Shown here: positions 52,144 through 64,000 of the stretch, one piece after another | How the letters are laid out: each line of letters starts with the position of its first letter | Position numbering within the stretch: position 1 is the first letter of the stretch | NCBI GenBank assembly: GCA_030390025.1 | Contig: CM059437.1 | Coordinates: 52,886,001 to 52,950,000, forward strand | From: Squalus acanthias | Lineage: Eukaryota | Direction: 5' to 3' | DNA length: 64,000 nucleotides | Notes under the pieces: model-generated | Database searches by the model: none | The model's input: the letters and a program-made list of their open reading frames with translations, nothing else | What the model was told of the DNA's origin: nothing | Translations under genes and position numbers: made by a program

Positions 52144-53396
52144 GTTTGAGGTGAAAGATAAGACAGCTGCCTAGCGAAGCCTTGAAAGTCTGTGGGAATG
52201 GTATAATAGCAGCCATTCTAAAGTGAAAGTACGAGACAGACCAGAGACAGACAAAACCATACCACAAAAGATGTCAACTAAGAATTAGCCCCTTAGTCTC
52301 CCGAAGCCGAATAATTTGACCATTCTGTGTTTCGATTTGTACGACTGACCATCACAGTGTCCTCTTGGCCACAATACTGAAATAAGAGCCATCACAAAGC
52401 AAACATTCCAATTCAACTTTATACATCTATCCATCCAATATTATATCGAAAATCAACTAATCACCCATGTGCATTCCCTTAGTGACTGTCTGGTGTGCAC
52501 ATTTGCCTGGAGCTCCTACACAGTGCTACCCCAGTGGCTGCAGCATGGCTAGTGGAAGGCTTCTGCCTTTCAGTGCAGATGACGGCAGATGGCCGAGCAG
52601 GACGACCTCGAGGAGCTCTGGGCCTAGGAGGCCCGGTTTCGAAATGAAGCAGCATGGGTGGCAGTAGTCTGGGATGGCTGTCTGACAGGCAACAGCAAGG
52701 GCACTGGCGGAGTTGCAGTGGTGGGAGTAAAAATGCTGTCATCCTGCGAGAGGAGAGCAGAGTCGGCCTCCACACATCCATTGTCACTACCGCAGGGCAG
52801 CACGTTAGAAATCCTAGTAGTCTAATGGAGTAGTGACTGCTGGAATCTACAATTTGCAAGCCCCTTTCAACACTGGTAAACCCAGCCATGATGGCAGCAG
52901 TCTGTTCTTGCATGGCAGCAAGCTGATGTTGCATGACTACAACCTGAGCTTCCATTGCAGCACTCAGACGTTGTGTGGCTCCCGCTTGTGCTGCGATGGA
53001 AGCAGAGACTTCAGCCATCAGACACAGCATGATGATTGGGCTCCACAAGTGCGTTAAGGGTTCTGCTCATCCCTTCCACGCTGGAAAGGTTGGGCTCCAA
53101 AATCTGCCCAAAGCCCTATGCTGGGCTAGAATGGACTCCTGCATGCTCCTTAACATTGCATTCAGGCTTTCTGGTAGATCGGCCAATTCACCAAACATTT
53201 CATTGTGCATACCCATCAGCATTCGTCTGTAGTCCGCCCTATCGACGTCTTCATCTATGTCCGGTGCAGCAGATCTCGTGTGCGTCCTTGCCCTCTGGGC
53301 AGCTGGCATCTGCACTATCCTTTAGCGCTGTCCTGGCTGCCTCTCCCTCGTACCCAGTGTATCACCACTTGCAGATCCCACATCTAACCCATCCTC

Positions 53397-56300
53397 GAAA
53401 ATATAGAAACATAGAAACATAGAAGATAGCAGCAGGAGTAGGCCATTCAGCCTCTCGAGCCTGCTCCGCCATTCAATGAGATCATGGTTGATCATCCAAA
53501 TTCAGTACCCTATCCCTGCCTTCTCCCCATATCCCTTGAACCCTTTAGCCTTAAGAAATATATCTAACTCCTTCTTGAATATATTTAATGAATTGGCCTC
53601 TACTGCCTTCTGTGGTAGAGAATTCCACAGGTTCACCACTCTCTGGGTGAAGAAATTCCTCCTCATCTCAGTCCTAAATGGCTTACCCCTTATCCTTAGA
53701 CTGTAACCCCTGGTTCTGGACTCCCCGGCCATCGGGAACATCCTTCCTGCATCTAGTCTGTCTAGTCCTGTTAGAATTTTATAAGTTTCAATGAGATCCC
53801 CTCTCATTCTTCTAAACTCCAGAGAGTATAAGCCCAATCGACCCAATCTCTCCTCATACGTCATTCCTGCCATCCCGGGTATCAGCCTGGTGAATCTGCG
53901 CTGCACTCCCTCCATGGCAAGAACATCCTTTCTCAGATAAGCCGACCAAAACTGCACACAATACTCAAGATGTGGTCTCACCAAGGCCCTGTACAACTGC
54001 AGCAAGACATCGTTGTTCCTGTACTCGAACCCTTTCGCTACGAAGGCCAACATACCATTTGCCTTCTTAACCGCCTGCTGCACCTGCATGCTTACCTTCA
54101 GCGACTGGTGCACAAGGACACCCAGGTCTCGGTGCACTTCCACTTCTCCCAATCTATTGCCATTCAGATAATAATCTGCCTTCCTGTTTTTGACACCAAA
54201 TTGGATAAACTCGCATTTCTGCACATTATATTGCATCTGCCATGCTTCTGCCCAATCACCCAACCTATCCAAATCATACTGGAGTTTCTCGGCATCCTCT
54301 CACGGCACACACTCCCACCCAGCTTTGTGTCGTCTGCAAACTTGGAGATATTACATTCAATACCCTCGTCTAGATCATTAATATATATTGTGAATAGCTG
54401 GGGTCCCAAGACCGATCCCTGTGGTACCCCACTAGTCACTGCCTGCCACTCGGAAAAAGACCCATTTATTCCAACTCATTGCTTTCTGTCTGCCAACCAG
54501 TTCTCTATCAAAGTCAATACCTTGCCCCCAATCCCATGTGCCTTAACTTTACATGCTAATCTCTTATGCGGGCCCTTATCGAAAGCCTTCTGAAAGTCCA
54601 AATGCACCACATCCACTGGTTCTCCCTTATCTATTTTACCAGTTACATCCTCAAAAAATTCCAGTAGATTAGTCAAGCACGATTTACCTTTTGTAAATCC
54701 ATGTTGACTTTGTCCGATCCTGTCACTGTTTTCCAAGTGCTCTGCTATTACATCTTTTATAATGGACTCTAGCATTTCCCCCACTACCAATGTCAGGCTT
54801 ACCGGTCTATAATTCCCCATTTTCTCTCTACCACCTTTTTTGAATAGTGGGGTAACATTAGCTACCCTCCAATCCATGGGTACTGTTCTAGAGTCTATAG
54901 AATTTTGGAAGATGACCAGCAATGCATCTACTATTTCTAGGGCCACTTCCTTAAGTACCCTAGGATGTAGATTATCAGGGCCCTGGGGATTTATAGGCGT
55001 TCAATCCCGTCAATTTCCCTAACACTATTTCCCTACAAATACTATTTTTTTTCAGTTCCTCCCTCTCATTAGACCCTATGTTCCCCGACATCTCTGGGAC
55101 GTTATTTGAGTCCTCCTTTGTGAAGACAGAAACAAAGTATGTATTTAATTGATCTGCCATTTCTTTGTTCCCCATTATAAATTCCCCTGAATCTGACTGC
55201 AAGGGACCTACGCTTGACTCCACCACTCTTTTTCTCTTCACATGCTATAAAAGCTTTTACAGTCAGTTTTTATGTTACCCGCCGCCTACTCTCATACTCT
55301 ATTTTCCCCCTCTTAATTAATCACTTTTTCCTTCGTTGCTGAATCCTATACTGCTCCCAATCCTCAGGTTTTCTGCTTTTTCTGGCCAATTTCTATGTCC
55401 TCTCCTTGGATCTTATGCTATCACTAATTTCCTTTGTTAGCCACGGTTGAGTCACCTTTTTTGTTTTATTTTTATGCCAAACTGGGATGAACAAATTCTG
55501 TAGTTAATTCATGCGATCTTTGAATGTTTGCCATTGCCTATCCACCGTCAACCCTTTGAGTGACATTCCCCAATCAATCCTACCCAACTTGCGCCTCATA
55601 CCATCGTAGTTTCCTTTATTTAAATTCAGGACCCTAGTCTCTGAGTCAACTACTTCACTCTCCATTTTAATGCAGAATTGTATCATATTATGATCACTCT
55701 GACCCAAGGGGCCTCGCACAACAAGATTGCTAATTAATCCTTTCTCATTACATAATACCCAGTCTAATATGGCCTGATCTCTAGTTGGTTCCTCAACATA
55801 TTGGTCCAGGAAACCATCCCGTATACAATCAAGGAATTTCTCCTCCACAGTATTGTTACTAATTTCGTTAGCACAATCTATATGTAGATTAAAGTCGCCC
55901 ATGATAACTGCTGTGCTCTTATTGCAAGCTTCTCTAATTTCCCTTTTAATGCCATCCCCAACCTCCGTATTACTGTTTGGGGGTCTATACACCACTCCCA
56001 CTAGCGTTTTCTGCCCCTTGGTGTTTCTCAGTTCTACCCATACAGATTCCACATCACCAGAGCTAATATCCTTCCTTACAATTGTGTTAATCCCCTCTTT
56101 AACCAGCAATGCTACCCCACCTCCTTTTCCTTTTTGACCATCTTTCCTGACTATTGAATACCCCTGTATGTTGAGTTCCCAGCCTTGGTCACCCTGGAGC
56201 CATGTTTCCGTAATCCCAATCATATCATATTCGTTTACCTCTATTTGCGCAGCTAATTCATCCACCTTATTACGAATGCTCCTCGCATTAAGGCACAAAG

Positions 56301-56596
56301 CCTTCAGGATTGTTTTTTTAACGCTCTTAGACCTTTTAGAATTATTTACCGTGGCCACGTTTGATTTAAAACTTAATTTCTCTGAATGACACCTTTGTTT
56401 TTTTCCGTCCTGACTTTTGCTTCTATCCTCGTTTCCCTTTCCTCTGTCTCCCTGCTCAGGTTCCCAACCCCCTACCATTTTAGTTTAAAGCCTTTCGCAG
56501 AGCACTAGCAAACACTCCCCCAAGGATATCGGTCCCAGTCCTGCCCAGATGCAAACCGTCCGATTTGTACTCGTCCCACCTCCCCCAGAACCGGTT
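53397..56596 (-). mobile_element. CR1 with complete ORF2 span (frameshifted) and ORF1 end
   Basis: CLNARSIRNK..ITETWL..GDFN..SDHN; RT ORFs 54476-54946, 54164-54439, 53502-54272; tail at ~53400. Confidence 0.95.
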
Positions 56597-56651
56597 TCAA
56601 TATGCAGCATGTCACTATCTGAGCTAGTGGCTGGGAGTGCGAAATCGAATG

Positions 56652-57535
56652 ATAGAAACATAGAAACATAGAAACATAGACATAGAAGATAGGAGCAGGA
56701 GTAGGCCATTCAGCCCCTCGAGCCTGCTCCATCATTCAATGAGATCATGGCTGATCATCCAAATTCAGTACCCTGTCCCTGCCTTCTCTCCATATCCCTT
56801 GATCCCTTTAGTTTTAAATAATATACCTAACTCCTTTTAGAATATATTTAATGAATTGGCCTCTACTGCCTTCTGTGGTAGAGAATTCCACAGGTTCACC
56901 ACTCTCTGGGTGAAGAAATTCCTCCTCATCTCAGTCCTAAATGGCTTGCCCCTTATCCTTAGACTGTGACCCCTGGTTCTGGACTCCCCAGCCATCGGAA
57001 ACATCCTTCCCGCATCTAGTCTGTCTAGGCCTGTTAGAATATTATAAGTTTCAATGAGATCCCCTCTCATTCTTCTAAACTCCAGTGAGTATAAGCCCAA
57101 TCGACCCAATCTCTCCATCATACGCCATTCCTGCCATCCCGGGTATCAGCCTGGTGAATCTTCGCTGCACTCCCTCCATGGCAAGAACATCCTTCCTCAG
57201 ATAAGGCGACCAAAACTGCACACAATACGCAAGATGTGGTCTCACCAAGGCCCTGTACAACTGCAGCAATACATCCTTGTTCCTGTACTCGAACCCTTTC
57301 GCTACGAAGGCCAACATACCATTTGCCTTCTTAACCGCCTGCTGCACCTGCATGCTTACCTTCAGCGATTGGTGCAGAAGGACACCCAGGTCTCATTGCA
57401 CTTCCCCTTCTCCCAATCTATTGCCATTCAGATAATAATCTGCCTTCCTGTTTTTGACACCAAAGTGGATAACCTCGCATTTATCCACATTATATTGCAA
57501 CTGCCATGCTTTTGCCCAATCCCCCAACCTGTCCA
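56652..57535 (-). mobile_element. 5'-truncated CR1, same subfamily
   Basis: (ATAGAAAC)n tail, RT C-terminus, possible ATGAT TSD. Confidence 0.92.
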
Positions 57536-59698
57536 TGATGATGTTTCTTCTGCTTCACTCTCCTCTCCCTCTTCTTGTTGAGCCACTGGCTGGGCAGGCT
57601 GGATTTCTGGATTTCTTGACATGAGAAAGGCACAAGGGTATGGTTGTGGTGTTGGGAGGGGTGAAACAAGAAGTACACGATTACATCATGTGCATATTGT
57701 AAATCAAAAGAGATTGTGGGATGAAGGGCAAGTGGGATGTGATAAGGAAGATAATGTACCGGCATATTGTATTCTTTCAGCCCCGCCGCTGGCCAGAGGC
57801 TCAGCCATGCCTCTGCCAAGAATGGCCATCACCGTCTCCTGTATCGGAATGAGAACATTCAGGTGAGCCTGTGCCTCACCGGATAAGTTCTGCTGGTGAT
57901 GGATAAGTGCCACATATACCTGAAAGGGAAAGGGAAGTTTGTCAGTGAGTGTGGTGTAATTTGTTTGGGTGATATGTCTGCCATGGTTGAATAGCTGACA
58001 GTGTTATCACGCTGTGAGATGTGGATGTCAGGCTTGCAGCTGTGGTAAGTTTTCTGGCTGAGGTGAAGACCTGAATGTGTGGTGTGAGTCGTGTTTGGTA
58101 AAGTTTGTTGGTAGGTAAGTGATGGGGTGTGGTGCATTGAGCATTGTTGAGGCCAGCCGGATATGGCATTTGGAGATGAATTCGCTGATCTTGAACACTT
58201 GTCTGAGGTCATTAAATTTCTTCTTGCACTGAGTCCAGGTCCTCAGTGCAACAATGCTGATATTTACCACTGTGTCTATCTGCACTCACAGCAGTCCAGT
58301 CTGATGTCTGAAGGGATTCCTGGCCCCCGGGGAAAGAAGACCTCTCTCCTGGAGCTGACCTTCTGGACCAAGGGCTCCAGTGCTGCATTAGAGGACCTAG
58401 GTGCACGCTGTCTCCCCTGTTGTGCCATCATCATAACTTTCGACTCCACTCTCTTCCCAACCATTTCAATCACCTGTTGCAGGCAGAAGATACCTCCCTT
58501 TAAGAGGTGCAGACTGCCTTTAAGTAGTGCAGGCTAACTTAAATTGGAACTCGCCTCGCAGGAACTTGGGCCCCTTGCTGAGCGTTCAGCCACTCAGCAG
58601 CACGTTCAACGCTGGGCTGAACGCTACGATCATGTTAATCAGCAGGCAGCACTAAGTTTGCGTGCAGCCTGCAGTCCTCTGAACCGGCTGGGATTGATTG
58701 TGCATCGCAATCCCCGCGCTCGTTTGCGGCCGTTATCCAATTCCTAGGCCAAGATGTACACCGCCCCCCACCACCCCGCAACCCCCAATCGCCCCATTCC
58801 ACTTTACTATGCTTGATCTTTACTGCCCATGTGCCACGCCAGCGGAGCTCCACTAGTACTACCTATTAATTATATATAACTTATATGAAGTATAATCATA
58901 TAATATATCAAAAGTAACACTAAATAGGAGGAATATAGTTACACATATCGATTTAAGATATGCAGAATTGATAACATGAGACACCAGCCTCCATTACAAT
59001 GATCCGACTCACTGGGAGTAATTTTGACTTTAGCCGGTGGTGTAAAGCACGGGATATCGGCTCGGCCACCCATTAACCAGATTTTCCGATTGTCGGTCCA
59101 TTGAAATCAAATGCAATAGCAAAATGAGTGCCAACATTTCAAGTTCACCTGCTGTTAGCGTCCTTCCGACCAAAGTTTGTAGCGCATTGCAATAGCGCAG
59201 ACATATCAGGCATATCTACCAAAAATATACACGCAAGATAGTCACAATCATCTCCCAACGCTACGTGCTCTGAAAGAATTTATAGTGAAATGTTTCTTCT
59301 GCCGTGCGCTTTCGATCAGAGAGCTCCAGCACACAATGCCTAATATTAGCATGTGAGAACAAGGTCCCGAAATGATTTTCTTAGGTGCAGGTTTCAGGTG
59401 GAATATTTATTTTCCTTCTCCCTTGGTATCTAAAATGGTCACGAATATTATGATATAAGCTAGGAAAGTGTTTTCAGATCTATCAGGAATATGAGAGTGC
59501 AGAGAAAAATATGCAATTTAAATGAAAAATGTTACGGAGTGGGTCAAATTGGATGCCAATAAAGTATGAGGTAAATTATTCCTATTTCTCTTTTTAAGAA
59601 TAAATCAAAATATGCAGAATCAACAAAACACGAATACCATCCCGCATCTTCCTGGTAGTTTGCGGTTAATTTGACACAAAGTAAGAATCTGTCAGCTT

Positions 59699-59731
59699 CT
59701 GATTGGCGTCAAGGTGCAGCCTGATTTGCAT
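59699..59731 (+). promoter_or_regulatory. IgL cluster 3 promoter: CTGATTGG + octamer ATTTGCAT (59724-59731)
   Basis: Direct motif match upstream of leader. Confidence 0.85.
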
Positions 59732-59849
59732 AAACATGAAGCATGTCGCAACACCTCTTCACATCGTTCATAAGCAGAGTTGAAGAGGAACTTTAGAACC
59801 CATTTCATCAAGAAACTATCGCGTGTCTGAGCTCCTTCAATTCTTTACA

Positions 59850-59898
59850 ATGTCTTACTGGATCCGTGTTATCAGTGCGTTGGTGTTTTGCGTAGTTT
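59850..59898 (+). CDS. IGL: IgL cluster 3 leader exon
   Basis: ATG, hydrophobic signal peptide, donor GTGAGT at 59899. Confidence 0.9.
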
Positions 59899-62800
59899 GT
59901 GAGTATTTTGCTTTCACTGCCTGATTAGATTTCAACTTGAAGAATATGTACTGCGAAACTTCTCAACCCATTTTAATTGCAAAATTATTGTTCTCACTGT
60001 CCTGCCTCTTTCCTGACATTACTTTTTATTTTCAGATTTAAACGCGCAAGTGACGGTAAATCAGCCGCTTTCGATGTCAACTTCTCCGGGAAAGGATGTT
60101 GAAATAAGTTGTACACTGTCTGGTGCCAATTTAGGAAGCAATTATGTCTCCTGGTACCAGCAGGTTCCTGGGAACACGCCCCGGTTTCTATTCTACTATT
60201 ATTCGGGAAGCAGCATTAACAGAGGCCCGGGTATTTCAGAACGGTTCTCCGGCTCCGTATCAGGCAACACCGCAACTTTTACAATATCTACTGTACAATC
60301 AGAGGACGCTGCGGACTATTATTGTGCTATGTGGTCTAGCGGTTTAATCTTCGGTAAAGGAACGAGACTGAGTGTTGGCAGTAAGTAAAATCACTCCATT
60401 TGTAGAGTTCTATGTTTTGTTTACCTTAGAGCAAAATATTTAAGTTACGTAATGATTTATTTGGCTCAATTCAATTGCTTTTATTAGTGACATTTTCGAA
60501 ATAACCTGATTTTTACCGAGTCTCCCTTGGCAGTTGGAAGTAACACATCCTAAATGGGCGAATGACCGTCCAGTTTCAGAAGTTTTCGCCTGTTGTTACT
60601 TCAGGTTGCAACCCCACTTGGTGCTGAATTAACTTATCCCAAACCAGGATAAGAATTGGACTCCAAATCGCCGAGTTACGCAATGGGAATGATCAATCAA
60701 TGTTCGCTTCCCAGTGATTGTGTTGGAAGTTGCGTTGACTGCATCTCAGGTGACAGAGTCGAGCCACGGAATGATGCCCGGTCACAAACTCTACTAACAG
60801 TCACTGTCTAGGCTCGCATGAGAAGTACAGGAGAGCGACTGGCGCTCGTGCAACCACAGTCCCGTGGACGCCAACGGTTTTAGGAGAAGAATGCAAATTG
60901 GAAGGAATCAAATTCTACAACGTATCTTAAATTCTGTTTCCAATGAAATACCCTGTAATATCTCTAAAGCAATTCGACTTGAACTAATGACCTTGGACCT
61001 GAACTGCTTAAGTGTTGATTTGATAGGCCTGCCATTAATCATAATAATAAGGCTCAAATTTCTTTAATAATTTATGAGATTTGATTTTATATTCCAGAAA
61101 TGGTATTTGTTGTCAGCAGCGACAGTGGAGAGGATTAGTAATCTATAGAGAGATATGCTGTCGCAAAGTATTAGCTACGTTAAAACAGGTTCATTTCGAG
61201 TGCTCTTACATTTTCCCAAAACATCCTGCAACGTTTACGACGCGACTAATACATGGAGATTGGAGGCAATCCCTTTTCTAGTAATTAAATTTAATGAAGC
61301 TGTCTTGCCCCTATAGCTCAGTAAACTAATGGTAATGGTAGAAATTATTCTAGTCCCTGTTTTTAGCGACATCATGCGAAATAGTGAACAATTTCTAAAG
61401 AAAATATACCATCCAGAGGAACTGAATGAGTAAATGAACGAACGAATAGACGCATTTACACTGCGGCTATCGCAGAGCACTCCTTTCCCGCGTTGAACTA
61501 GTACCGTGCGGTGTCCTGATAGGATCGACTTGTATCTTCATCGCTGTTTTGTTTGATGTTTAAAATGAGAGTAACCACTTTAGTTTTGACTGTTTAATGC
61601 CGTTGTTAAAATACGGAAGAATTTCACAGCATTGTTACATCACGTTGGTATATTGATATCTCAGAGCCATATTTTAATCTGAATGCCGTTTTAAACCAAA
61701 CGTGGGCAGTGAACAAAATATAGAGCCGTTCGAACAGTATAGACCCGATTTATTGTCCTTGAATTCCCCCATGATTATTATTCTGTCCTTTTTAACCTTT
61801 CCTATATTTGCTTGGATATTTCTCTCCGCACTTCCTGGTCACTATTCGGTGACCTGTAGTTTACCCGAATAGTGTGACCGATATCTTCCTATCCTTCACC
61901 TCAATCCATACGGGTTGATGATCGCTGTCTGCTTAATGTGAGTTTTGTCATTTCTTTGTAATTTTTAAAATTGCGATGCTTATGGGGGACGATGCGAGAT
62001 AATAACGCGCGCTCACACTCTCAGTGTATGGAATGTCAATATCCTGTAGTGAAATAAATTGTGGAATTAATCACGGGGTCAGCGCAACAAAAACATGTAA
62101 AAACCTATAAAACCTGTAAAACTAAAGTGCGTGTTTAATATGAGTTCAGCACCAACCCGTATTAAAGCAGTTGTAAATCTGCCTGAAGTATTACAATAGA
62201 AAGACTGGATTGTTCTGCCCAAATAACGAAAGGAGCAAGACTCGCACTTCCACCGCAGAAATCTCAGCGGAGTTAGTTATTTCAACGCACAAATTAGTAT
62301 TTCGAAAAAGCGTATACCGTTAAACTTTTGAAATCGTATAAAAAATTGACTTTACACTGCACGTTCAGTGTTGGCGCCATGCGATTGCTGCGACTAAGGC
62401 GGCTAGAATTTAAAGCGCCAAGATGTTTTATCTGCATTACATTGCCTGTGTGCCTGTACACGAAGGTCATTATATTCCTATATTCATAAAATACATAAAT
62501 GATATGTCGGTCTCTCCTCTTGATGACTTAGCAGCTGAACCATGTGAACGCATCACAATAAGATATAAGAAGGGTCAGTGGAGTAGATCTTGAGATTGTG
62601 CGATAGTGTAAAACGGGTGGTTGTGAATCTGCAGCCCCTTTTAAATCTCTCCTGATCTTTATTTAAATGAATACAATGGAAATAAAAATGCAGAGAGATA
62701 TAAAACGGGCTGGAGATTCACTAGCATCCATTTTACACTGTCGCACAAAGTCAAGATTTATCCCGGTCTCTTTAAATAACTTTATTCACCGGAGCATTTC

Positions 62801-63309
62801 AGCTGACAAATATTTCAAGTGCCCATAGTATGAATGTAATATTGTGAAAGATTTATATTGCAAAGGGATCTATTTTTATATTGACTGGATTGATGCAATA
62901 CAAACTATATTATTTTGAACAAATATTATGCTTCAACAGAAGCAATTCTCCAACACTACTAAACCGTGATCGCTTGTTTTAAACAGAACCGCAGGAACCA
63001 TCGGTCTCCGTCCTTCCGCCTTCATCGGATCAAATCGCAGCAAAGAACACGGCGACCCTGGTGTGTTTGGTGAACGGTTTTAACCCGGGCGCTGTGGAGA
63101 TTGAGTGGACTGTCGATGGCAGTGTCAGAGGGAATGGTGTTGAGACCAGTCGGATCCAGCAGGAGACGGACAACACGTTCAGTGTGAGCAGTTATCTGAC
63201 TCTGCCAGCCTCAGAGTGGAACTCACACGAGCTTTACACCTGTGTGGTTAAACACGAGACTCAGGCAAACCCGCTTAAAACAAGTATCGCGAGATCCAGC
63301 TGTATCTGA
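59850..63309 (+). CDS. IGL: Ig light chain, lambda/type II-like, germline-joined VJ, cluster 3; join(59850..59898,60036..60380,62987..63309), 238 aa, intact
   Basis: Open spliced frame MSYWIRVISALVFCVVYLNA-QVTVNQP...DYYCAMWSSGLIFGKGTRLSVG-KPQEPSVSV...ARSSCI*. Confidence 0.95.
60036..60380 (+). CDS. IGLV: IgL cluster 3 fused VJ exon
   Basis: tttcag acceptor, V-set motifs contiguous with FGKGT, donor GTAAGT at 60381. Confidence 0.95.
62987..63309 (+). CDS. IGLC: IgL cluster 3 constant exon
   Basis: acag acceptor, C1-set motifs, terminal SSCI*. Confidence 0.95.
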
Positions 63310-63621
63310 TTTCAGAAACTGTACTTGACCGAGCTGAGAAAGTTTGTTCATCCCCATTCGGTTCCTTCGTGTGACAAATAAGGGTAGAAATTTGTAGCAA
63401 TTCGGAAGTTTAAGAAAAATAGTCATTGCGTTTGGAAATTCGTCTTTTAAGACTTGTTAATTTAAAATGCTCTTCGATCGAAAGATTTTCGGTGTTCATT
63501 GAAACCTCAATGTTAATAAATCTAGGTTATATGCATCCAATAACGTAAGTGAAAAGGCAACAATATGATTATTGCAGCCTAAGAATTTGCTTACTGCTAA
63601 TCTATTCCAATACAGTTGTTG

Positions 63622-63627
63622 AATAAA
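63622..63627 (+). terminator. Poly(A) signal of IgL cluster 3
   Basis: AATAAA at homologous position. Confidence 0.75.
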
Positions 63628-64000
63628 ATTATTGAACCAATCTCAAATGCAATATGGTTTTCCGTGTCTTTTTTTTCTGATGCAAAAGAAGTCAAATCTA
63701 TAATGCAATTGCTTTCAGGATTGTTCTTCGGTGTTATTAAAACTCGCGTAATGAAGCGTGTGCTGAGCTATTTTTAAAGATTGCAGTGTGTGACTGATGT
63801 GTCGATGTTGCGGTGCACACACACTGGCGCGCGGTTGAATGCGTTCATCGATATTTCCTAAACCATAGGGGGTGAAATTGATCTTAGACAAAAGGGCAAC
63901 ATTGGCGATAGCAAATCGGCAGCCGGTTTTACACTGCAGCCCGATTTTATTTTCTATTGACTTCAAGAAGACCTATTTCACCCCCATATTTTAACTGAAT

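Larger units (their letters stand above)
52350..58750 (-). mobile_element. Harbinger remnant (Myb/SANT-like gene) interrupted by two CR1s
   Basis: MAQQGRQRAPRSSNAALEPLVQKVSSRREVFFP; RTWTQCKKKFNDL. Confidence 0.7.

Noticed and set aside
52353-52359. CACAGTG heptamer (also ~2872) as an orphan RSS
   Set aside because: No nonamer at 12 or 23 bp and no adjacent gene segment
58028-58473. Myb/SANT-like ORFs as a domesticated NAIF1/MSANTD gene
   Set aside because: Frameshifted, multi-copy and interrupted by LINE or LTR insertions; Harbinger debris
1-64000. CRISPR arrays, rRNA, true tRNA genes, operons
   Set aside because: None seen; tRNA-like boxes belong to SINE heads and most short ORFs are antisense or off-frame repeat translations

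Overview
Eukaryotic, repeat-rich DNA from a cartilaginous fish (shark-type), not microbial. It holds three tandem, same-strand immunoglobulin light-chain clusters of the lambda (type II/NS3-like) class. Each has a CCAAT+octamer promoter, a 49-nt leader exon, one germline-joined VJ exon with no RSS, a C exon and a poly(A) signal. Cluster 1 (13664-17254) and cluster 3 (59850-63309) are intact. Cluster 2 (35138-38713) has a 1-bp FR1 deletion and premature stop. Clusters 2 and 3 lie in a ~20-25 kb segmental duplication whose copies differ by later insertions. Intergenic DNA is mostly decayed CR1 and L2 LINEs, Harbinger remnants, MITEs, SINEs, Penelope fragments (one with an intact minimal hammerhead ribozyme) and two solo LTRs with clean 4-bp TSDs. 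Notable points: C exons ~98% identical between clusters whose V domains are ~69% identical, a V family with long CDR2, an extra CDR3 Cys, AGC serine codons confined to CDRs, and a shared ancestral intronic SINE that carries an octamer in two clusters. Germline-joined shark light chains are a known phenomenon, and I found no convincing wholly new system. Counts are by hand and repeat boundaries are approximate unless a TSD is given.
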